Origin: Dendrobates tinctorius
Lineage: Eukaryota
Assembly: GCF_039654945.1 (NCBI RefSeq)
Contig: NW_027361819.1
Span: 4,588,001-4,652,000 of the forward strand
DNA length: 64,000 nucleotides
Direction: 5' to 3'
Part shown: piece after piece, positions 1 to 9,900 of the stretch
Numbering within the stretch: the stretch's first letter is position 1
How the letters are laid out: each line of letters opens with the position of its first letter
The notes under the pieces: generated by a model
Told to the model about the DNA's origin: nothing
The model's input: the letters and a program-made list of their open reading frames with translations, nothing else
Databases searched by the model: none
Program-made: the position numbers and the translations under genes

Positions 1-1113
1 CCCATGAGAGCATAGTGAGCATGCTCTGTGCCATGTGCGGAGGTCATTATGCAGATAGGGGTAAGACCTGATGTTTCCATTACCTACTGACACCCATGAG
101 AGCGTAGTGAGCATGCTCTGTGCCATGTGCGGAGGTCATTATGCAGAAGGGGGTAAGACCTGATGTTCCCATTACCTACTGACACCCATGAGTGTAGTGA
201 GCATGCTCTGTGCCATGTGCGGAGGTCATTATGCTGAGGGGTAAGACCTGATGTTTCCATTACCTACTGACACCCATGAGAGCGTAGTGAGCATGCTCTG
301 TGCCATGTGCGGAGGTCATTATGCAGAGAGGGGTAAGACCTGATATTTCCATTACCTACTGACACCCATGAGAGCGTAGTGAGCATGCTCTGTGCGGAGG
401 TCATTATGCAGAAGGGGGTAAGACCTGATGTTCCCATTACCTACTGACACCCATGAGTGTAGTGAGCATGCTCTGTGCCATGTGCGGAGGTCATTATGCA
501 GAGGGGTAAGACCTGATGTTTCCATTACCTACTAACACCCATGAGAGCGTAGTGAGCATGCCCTGTGCCATGTGCGTAGGTCATTATGCAGAGAGGGGTA
601 AGACCTGATGTTTCCATTACCTATTGACACTCATGAGTGTAGTGAGCATGCCCTGTGCCATGTGCGGAGGTCATTATGCAGAGGGGTAAGACCGGATGTT
701 TCAATTACCTACTGACACCCATGAGAGCGTAGTGAGCATGCCCTGTGCCATGTGCGGAGGTCATTATGCAGAGAGGGATAAGACCTGATATTTCCATTAC
801 CTACTGACACCCATGAGAGCGTAGTGAGCATGCTCTGTGCCATGTGCGGAGGTCATTATGCAGAGAGGGGTAAAACCGGATGTTCCCATTACCTACTGAC
901 ACCCATGAGAGCGTAGTGAGCATGCTCTGTGCCATGTGCGGTGGTCATTATGCAGAGAGGGGTAAGACCTGATGTTCCCATTACCTACTGACACCCATGA
1001 GAGCGTTGTGAGCATGCTCTGTGCCATGTGCGGAGGTCATTATGCAGAAGGGGGTAAGACCTGATGTTTCCTTTGCCTACTGACACCCATGAGAGCGTAG
1101 TGAGCATGCTCTG
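1..1113. repeat. ~92-bp tandem repeat, ~12 copies, truncated by the window start
   Basis: Unit cccatgagagcgtagtgagcatgctctgtgccatgtgcggaggtcattatgcagagaggggtaagacctgatgtttccattacctactgaca. Confidence 0.95.
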
Positions 1114-2916
1114 AGAATAGAGGTCACTTTGCAGAAAGGGGAGATGCCACTGAGCCATCACTTAAGGTTATGCACACAGATTTTTCGAGTGGGTCCAATT
1201 AAAAACTATGCCCGAAATTGCTTAACCTCAAACTCATGCTATTCATTTCTATTATAAAACACTTTGCTGCCGCCACGTTCAGTGTTTTGAGCATTTTTAC
1301 CACTTCAGGTTTTGAAAAACTGGTGGAAAAATAAAGTGTAGGTCGCTACATTGTAGCAGAAAACGCTCCAAGCAAAAGGCTGCAAAAAAAAAAAAAAAAC
1401 TCTTCCAAAACATCACAAAAGGAGGAGCGTTACAAAATGGTAGCAAAACAATACAGTATATACAATCACATGAAACAAAAAGGGATAACGGAAGAAAAAA
1501 TACTAAACCTGCGAGATGGAAAACTGACAGAACCCCCAGCGAGCTGCACCTTCCAGGACTGACAAAATACAAAACCACAAATTCTGATTAGATAAAGGTA
1601 ACTCCATATACCTCCACTTGGTGAGCTTATATGGGGGCTAGTAATAGGATGTACTAGGTCAGGATATCCTTTCCCCTGGAGGTCCCAGGTGGTAGATATT
1701 GTCGGCATGTTTCCTATCACTATTAAACCTTTCTATAGCAATAAAACCTGACACGGATAGCATCATCCATAGGGTAGATATTATGTTGGAGGGGTTAGAA
1801 TGGCCTTACAGTAATGTGAATGAATGCAGTCTGTCCCTTCGCTACAGCACCGAAAATATATCTCCCATAAATATCGGATTGATGCAAATCCCAATATTCA
1901 TCACTGACCACTGGCTCCAAAAAGTCTGCGATTAGTGCTTTCAACAGAGGAGGTTCTTGCCCTGGAAGTGTTCTTCTCTGAGTAAACAAATGCGAGTCTT
2001 GGTGGCTGGTTCTCAAAGCAGGTATTTGCTGTAATCACCTGTTCACCGCAGGATGTCCCTCCTTCAATGGAGGTTGAAGAGTCAGCTCGCTCTCACTTCC
2101 CCAGTTATTAATCCCCTTAATGTGAGGGTGATCTGTTCCCTCTCTGGAAATATCTTTATGGGCTTTACTTTGTGTTTGACACATGGTAATACTTGATTTC
2201 CGCATTGTGCCGCCACCTCTCCTGGTAGTGTCTCATTTCTGGTCATACATCCACACTCCTCCTCTCTGGTATGACGTTCTTTCCTGTATTCTGGAGCTTC
2301 CATCGCTTGTGAATTTTCCGATAAAGGTCAGCGCACTGCGGAATCTCCACGACTCAGGCCACAGCCGTTACCGCGTATGCCGGGATTTTCACACCAGCGG
2401 CTGCCAACATTCCTCCTCGCGGGAGCCCCATGGTTGTCATGTGACCTCTACTGGCCACTGCTGGAATAGCAGAAAACATGATTCCGCAGAAAGACAACAG
2501 ATGTGTTTTTGCAAGATGGAAAACCCAAAAACCCATAAAGTCCCTTCTCTTGGCTTTTGAGCCCGTCCGTGACCTCTTCTAAATGTCAAGTGTGCACCTC
2601 CTGGTGGCCGGCTACTGCAATATCAGCAACGTCTCCCAAGGGCCGGAGCGTCAAATATATATTGCTTCAATAAAATGGTCACAATTCTACTGACCAACCC
2701 GAGGGCTGAGTTTTCTGTATTTTGATGGACTCTCTAAAGCCAGAGCCGAGGAGCACTGAACTGTTTGGCTGTGTCATGATGTGCTTGGTTTGAACAGTCC
2801 TTCTGTGCTGACAGACACAAGGTCGTGTCCCTGCCTTTGGTTTGGGCTTGCACCCCCGAGCCCACATCTTTTCCCGCCTATGATGACTGATTTAATTAGT
2901 CATCATGTAGCCTTAA

Positions 2917-3269
2917 AGGGGTATTCCCATCTCCAGGATCCTATTACAATACATGGTAGGTGTAATAATAATAAAATTAGCAAATACCTCCAATTAGAAA
3001 TGTAGTATAGTTCTTCTGATTCACTGTCTCTTTCCTCATGTGCAGGACCTTAGGTATCCATGGTTATGACCACTGATAAAGTGACAGCTTGCTGCTATTG
3101 GTTGTAACTATGGATACCTAAGGTCCTGGAATGCCTGCACATGAGGTAAGAGACATGGTGAATCAGAAAAACTATGCTACATTTCTAAATTGGAGGTATT
3201 TGCTAATATTCTTATTATTACACCTCCTACTACATATTGGGATAGGATATTGGAGATGAGAACACCCCT
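2917..3269. mobile_element. T2/Kolobok-type MITE (near-complete palindrome)
   Basis: TTAA|AGGGG...CCCCT|TTAA (TTAA at 2913-2916 and 3270-3273). The two halves are inverted copies, e.g. ttagcaaatacctccaatt / aattggaggtatttgctaa. Confidence 0.85.
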
Positions 3270-3974
3270 TTAACAGCCGCGGGTGGAGTGCTGCTGCTGC
3301 GCCTGCTGTTTTTGAAAGTTAAATACCGCTGTCAATATCGGATTCTGGAATTTACCACGCGCCGGCTGGAAGGGCGTCATTCATCCCGCCCATCGGCGTC
3401 CCCTTCACATGATCACTGGGCGCCGATGAGTTGCCATAATAGCCAGGGGTCTGCAGAAGACCCCGTATCGGTCATCACATTCCTCCTGTGAACGCCGGCC
3501 TGTGGCGGACGCTCCTGGTCCGTGCTGTCTGCTATACATAGCATTTCCAGTGAAAATGAACGGTGTCGTCCAGCAGTACAACACGTCCCGCAAAAAACAA
3601 GCCCTCATATGGCTACGAGGATGGAGGAAAAAAGGGGGGGGAAATACAAACGCAAAAAATTCAGTCATGAACGGGTTAAAAGGTTGTGTGGGGGAGAGGG
3701 GGGGGTATATTCTATAACATGTACCATAGTAAAGTGTGATCAAACAACGATCCGGATCCGGAGATCCTGCACAGAGGTTTGTAGATCCAACTATGGATCT
3801 ATCGCGCGTGGAATAAGATGAAGAGCGTAGGCGTCTCTCCCCATCACACAGCCGCGCTCGAGCGTGGAGGCCACCGCTCCGCTTCCTGCTGGGGCGCCAG
3901 ATGCCTCCAAGTCAACAGAGGTTTTTGCCCTTTTGGACAGATATTGAGGCCACGAGTCTTAGAAGAAGAAGAAG

Positions 3975-4005
<31 letters not shown>

Positions 4006-4036
4006 CCTTTAGAATAAAAGGTTTCTCGAAGTTTTT

Positions 4037-4207
4037 GGCTGTGTGCGCACGTTGTAGATTTGGCTGCGGAGAATTCCGTGCAGATTTGCTGCGGTGCATG
4101 CGGAATCTGAAGCGTCTTTACACCTCTTCCATTATAGGAATCCGCAGGTAAAACGTAGGCCGTTTCACCTGTGGGTTCAGCCAAATCCGCAACGTGTGCA
4201 CATCCCC
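4037..4207. mobile_element. Degenerate PIF/Harbinger-type MITE
   Basis: Inverted termini ggctgtgtgcgcacgttgtagatttggctg / cagccaaatccgcaacgtgtgcacatccc, followed by TTA. Confidence 0.65.
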
Positions 4208-4624
4208 TTATCGACCAGGTCTGTTCCCCCAAAAAAGGCTGCTTCTAATTCGGATCTCTGGTAACACCACTTTTTGGTTCACATATTCGGCGTTTTGAGA
4301 ACAGCCCCCCCCATCTGACCCCAATTATGTGACCCCTGAACACAGGCATGCACATACTCTGCACTCCGCCTGTGTCCGTGTGGATGCGCACCCCTAGCCT
4401 GTGAGGCTGCCCCTCTCCATGATGCGACCGTCCCGTGTAACGCCCCGTCGCATTCAGAGCCCTTTCATTCTATGGAAACAGATTATAATCGATTTCTTGG
4501 GAAGGTTTCTGACATTTTTCATGCACCGGTCTCATCGATCCTCAGGATCGTTCCCGTTTGTCGTACAGCGGCGCCCGACGTCAACTCTACGCCCAGAGAT
4601 CACCATTATCTATGGAAGGCTGCA

Positions 4625-6326
4625 CCTATATATATAAAAAAGAGTGTATGTATATGTGTGTGTATCAAGCCCCACCCCTCATTATGATGTCATAATAGGT
4701 TGCCATGGCGAAGATGATGTCACAATGGTTGCTATGGTGACGATGATGACTTAATAGGTTGCAATGGTGACAGTTATGTCATAACGGTTGCCATGGTGAT
4801 GATGTCATGATGGGTATATGGGCATGGGACTATGGGATGGAGGATATGTATGATGGGTATATGGGCATGGGACTATGGGATGGAGGACATGTATGATGGG
4901 TATATGGGCACGGGACTATGGGATGGAGGATATGTATGATGGGTATATGGGCACTGGACTATGGAATGGAGGATATGTATGATGGGTATATGGGCACGGG
5001 ACTATGGGATGGAGGATGTGTGATGGGTATATGGGCATGGGACTATGGGATGGAGGATATGTATGATGGGTATATGGGCACGGGACTATGAGATGGTGGA
5101 TATGTATGATGGGTATATGGGCACGGGACTATGGGATGGAGGATATGTATGATGGGTATATGGGCACGGGACTATGGGATGGAGGATATGTATGATGGGT
5201 ATATGGGCACGGGACTATGGGATGAAGGATATGTATGATGGGTATATGGGCACGGGACTATGAGATGGTGGATATGTATGATGGGTATATGGGCACGGGA
5301 CTATGGGATGGAGGATATGTATGATGGTTATATGGGCACGGGACTATGGGATGGAGGATATGTATGATGGGTATATGGGCACGGGACTATGGGATGGAGG
5401 ATATGTATGATGGGTATATGGGCACGGGACTATGGGATGGTGGATATGTATGATGGGTATATGGGCACGGGACTATGAGATGGTGGATATGTATGATGGG
5501 TATATGGGCACGGGACTATGGGATGGAGGATATGTATGATGGGTATATGGGCACGGGACTATGGGATGGAGGATATGTATGATGGGTATATGGGCACGGG
5601 ACTATGAGATGGTGGATATGTATGATGGGTATATGGGCACGGGACTATGGGATGGAGGATATGTATGATGGGTATATGGGCACGGGACTATGGGATGGAG
5701 GATATGTATGATGGGTATATGGGCACGGGACTATGGGATGGAGGATGTGTGATGGGTATATGGGCACGGGACTATGGGATGGAGGATATGTATGATGGGT
5801 ATATGGGCACGGGACTATGGGATGAAGGATATGTATGATGGGTATATGGGCACGGGACTATGGGATGGTGGATATGTATGATGGGTATATGGGCACGGGA
5901 CTATGGGATGGAGGATATGTATGATGGGTATATGGGCACGGGACTATGGGATGGAGGATATGTATGATGGGTATATGGGCACGGGACTATGGGATGGAGG
6001 ATGTGTGATGGGTATATGGGCACGGGACTATGGGATGGAGGATATGTATGATGGGTATATGGGCACGGGACTATGGGATGAAGGATATGTATGATGGGTA
6101 TATGGGCACGGGACTATGGAATGGTGGATATGTATGATAGGTATATGGGCACGGGACTATGGGATGGAGGATATGTATGATGGGTATATGGGCACTCGAC
6201 TATGGGATGGTGGATATGTGTGATGGGTATATGGGCACGGGACTATGGGATGGAGGATAATTATAATTTGCTGTAACTAACCACAGTTAGTTACTATGCC
6301 TGGGCAGCGCCGGGCTCTTCAGCTAG
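4625..6326 (+). mobile_element. Non-autonomous Helitron carrying internal tandem arrays
   Basis: 5' end A|cctatatatataaaa (canonical TC start altered to CC). 3' subterminal hairpin cctgggcagcgccggg, then CTAG|T at 6323-6327. Flanked by A and T with no TSD. Confidence 0.7.
4807..6258. repeat. 43-bp G-rich minisatellite, ~34 copies, inside the Helitron
   Basis: Unit tgatgggtatatgggcacgggactatgggatggaggatatgta. Confidence 0.95.
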
Positions 6327-6693
6327 TTTGTCATAAAACTACAAAAAAAAAAAACCAAACACCATTTCCAAATTCTTTTATCTGCATACTCCGCTTCCAT
6401 CGGTCCGCCTGCAGGTGCGAGACCCCTGTACAATATAAATTACCAAGACCCATCTGGGCTCTGAGGAAACATTACAGCTCGGCAGACGTGTAAACCCCCG
6501 TCGTGGAGCCCACCCCGAACTGCTGGGATCATACTTCACAAACTCCCAAATCCTTCCCTGGAATGGTGCGGAGGAAGTAAACAGATAATCCAGCGTCAGG
6601 GAGCTGCCGTCACAGACCACCCCAGTGTCAAGTGTTTCGTTAAAGCACCATAATATTCCGTCAGAAGTGCATCTGTAAAGGGAAGGTCCACCT

Positions 6694-6699
6694 TTTATT
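6694..6699 (-). promoter_or_regulatory. Candidate polyadenylation signal for ZNF646
   Basis: AATAAA on minus (tttatt on plus) ~240 nt after the stop codon. Confidence 0.45.
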
Positions 6700-6935
6700 G
6701 TCCTCCGTATAAAAGAAAAAAAAAGGCAATGTAACAGAAGGCAAGCCTCTCCCACGCCAGGTCTCTAGGCCGGTCCATTATTAAGTTATTATCTACACTT
6801 GGACAGTCTGGAGAGGGTTGATGGTACACTGCTGAGGTTACGAAAGAAAAAAAAAAAAAAGAGAATCTGTAAGTTCTCCGCATCTCGTGTAAACTCCGAG
6901 CTACATGTGGGCAACTGTGGCCACCATCATGACAG

Positions 6936-9900
6936 TCATGTTACTTCTACCATGAACTTGGATACTGCCTGAGGGTCTAAGATGTCGCCGTCCTGGTTAT
7001 CGTGGATCCTCTGATGGTTTTTAAGACTGGACCGACACAGAAAATGTTTATTACAGAGAGAGCAGGTGAAGGATCCTTCTTGGTGCATCTCTGAATGTGC
7101 GACCAGGTCGCTGGAGTTTCGGAAGGCTTTTCCGCACTCCTTGCAGTTGTATCTGTGGATCCGGAGATGATTTTTAAAGGCGAGCAGGTTGAAGAATTCC
7201 TTGAGGCAGTTTGGGCACTTGTAGACCCCGATACTGTGAGTTTTCCGGTGGTTAAAGAGGCTACTAGCATGAAGGTAAGAACGGCCACATTGTTTGCATT
7301 TGTATTTTCGATCGCCTTGACTGGCTTGGTCGTTGTGATTTGGGGATTTCTCATCCGATGGCAACGTCTTATTTTCATTGTTAGGCCTCCGCGTTGATAA
7401 AAATAGTGAGGAAGACTGAGAAGACAGCTGCTCGTGAGTGCGTTGGTGATGTCTGAGGGTTTGTTCACAGCTGAAGCCGTGGTTACAGGTTGGACACTGG
7501 AAGGGATTTCCTTTAACATGGACTGTGTTGTGGATGATCAGTTCCTGGGAAGACTGAAACGTTTGCTCACAATTCACACCCCGACGGTGTTTTTCAGGGG
7601 AGTGAGTCTGCAGATGGGTGTTCATCGCGATGGGGTTGAGGAACTCGTTGGGACACACAGAGCACTTATATTTTTCACTTTCCCGTTTGCTCATATGACT
7701 GCATAAGCTGCCAGCATGGTGATCAATATGGCCACAGATATCACATCCATGAGGTTCTTCAGATTGCAAAGATTCTAAAGCCCCACTCTTTGCCGAGACA
7801 TCACTACGGTTTTCCTCACATGAATGGCTCTTCATCTCATTTTCCCCATTGGAGACATCCTCCTTGAAGTTGGATGCTTCATGGCCGTTAGTGGAATTTT
7901 CCACCTGTTGGTCAGTTATGGCCTTTGCTTCTGTTCTCGAGGTTATCCGAGAGTCCGATTGTGATCCCTGTGGAACATGTACAATTTGATGCCTGAAAAG
8001 TTGTCTCCTCCACTTAAAGGTTTTCCCGCACTGAGAACAAGGGTGTCTTTTCGCTTCATAGTGAGTGCGCTGATGGTTTTTTAGGGCCATTAAGTTCCGG
8101 TAGGTTTTGTCACAGACTGAACAATGGTACTGACCCGTTTTGTGGCTTTTCTTATGGTTAAACAGGCTTCCAGCATGTCTGTAGGAACGTCCACACTCCT
8201 GACACTGGTAGGGCCGAGAGTCTGGATCCATTTTGCTTTTTAGCCGAGACGCAGATCTCATCTCAACAGTGCCAATTACTTTTTCTATAGAAGCTTCACT
8301 TGGACCTTGCATTATTGACTTTTTATGATGCCCTTGAGCAAATCTTCGGTATCGGCTTTTACGGTTGCGCCTTCCCGGCTTTTTGGCTGAGGCCCTTTGC
8401 CGGTGTATTCTTTGGTGAGTATCGAGTTGTTTCTGCAGCCGAAAAGCTTTACCGCAATCCAGGCATTTGTGTCTCTTTAACTCAAAATGGATGCGGTTGT
8501 GATTCTTCATTGCCATTAGATTGAAAAAGCGTTTCTGACAGATAGGACAGCGGAAGATCCCGGTTTTATGAGTCTGCTTATGGTTAATCAGACTCCCCGC
8601 ATGCCTATAGCTCCTGCTACACACTTCACAATGAAATGGACGCTTCTGAAGTCCAGTCTCTTGTTCGATTTGTGACCGGGAGATGTCAGGCAAGACTGGA
8701 AGATCGTGAATTTCTTCTTTACATTCAACTAGAGTGTCGTGGAGCTTCGATAACGCTCTCACACAATTGTAAGAAAGATGTAGCGCCAGGTCTTTTACGT
8801 GAAACATCTTACCACATGACTTACAGGCCTGAACCTTACTGTCTTCTACACTATCGGCCCCACTCATAGAACCAGAAATCTGTTGGGTGATCTGATCTTC
8901 ACTTATACTACCAATCTGGTGAGAAAACAGCCTCCTCAAATTCTTTTTATGTAGAGTTGTTTTTGAAGAAGGACTAACTGAAGTGGAATTATCACATTTA
9001 TCTGGGCCATGTTGACTACGAGAATCACCAGGCAAATAAGGAGAAAATGGCAACGATCTATGATTCTCACTAAGGTATATATGGTCTTGTAGAGTGGAAG
9101 TTTGTAGATCATGCAGATTGTTCATAGCACTCGACTGCTTACACTTCGGGTGGTGCCGCAGGTGGGTTCTGTAAGCTGCCAGGTTAGGGTAATGTCTAGA
9201 ACAAGCTACGCATTGAAAATTTCCAACCAAGTGAGTCTTTTTATGATTAACTAAACTTCCACCATGACGATAAGTCTTTCCACATTGCTTGCATGTGTAA
9301 GGTCGGCTCTCTGGGCTTTCTCCATTTTTTGGACTTGATTCAGAGCATTCAACTGTTGGCTTTGGACATGGTTGTTGGCGGTTCTCATCAGGTTTAGGCG
9401 GGATGTTTTCATTTGCAGAGGAGTCTTCATTTTGGTGAATAGAGCTGTGAGCCTTCAAGCTTTCTAGATCGTCATAGGTTTCCCCACAGAATCCACAAAT
9501 GTGAGACAGCTGGGAGCCCCCGTCAAGGTTTTCACTACGCTCCGTTTCCTCAATCTCACTTTTGATTCTGTTTAATAGTTCTCTTTCTGAAGAATGCATG
9601 GAAAAGGAGAATTCTGGCTCTTGTACTTCTTGCATTTCCGGAACAGATTCAGCCATTCCTTGTTGTTTCTCGTGTGCAACCTGGTGTTGGTGGAAGTCGA
9701 CTTCATTAGAAAAGATCAAACCGCAGTGACCACAGTCATAATGGTTATCTGCCGGGACCTGGTGGTCCACAAAATCATTCCCATCTGATCCACTTATGAC
9801 TGTAGTTCTGAGAGTTTGAGGCTTGGTGTGGGTCTCAAAATGACTTCTCAGAGCAGAGAGGCTAGGGTACTCTTTGGGGCAAAATGAGCACTGGAATATA

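Noticed and set aside
1400-2600. Possible decayed L1-like 3' end or exon of a neighbouring gene
   Set aside because: Only vague similarity, with no diagnostic motif or consistent splice sites. Needs a RepeatMasker or tBLASTx search.
3274-3680. TTAA-ended DNA transposon relic sharing gcaaaaaacaag with ~18650-18680
   Set aside because: Only one plausible terminus (aacgggttaa) and a short match. Boundaries and family cannot be supported.
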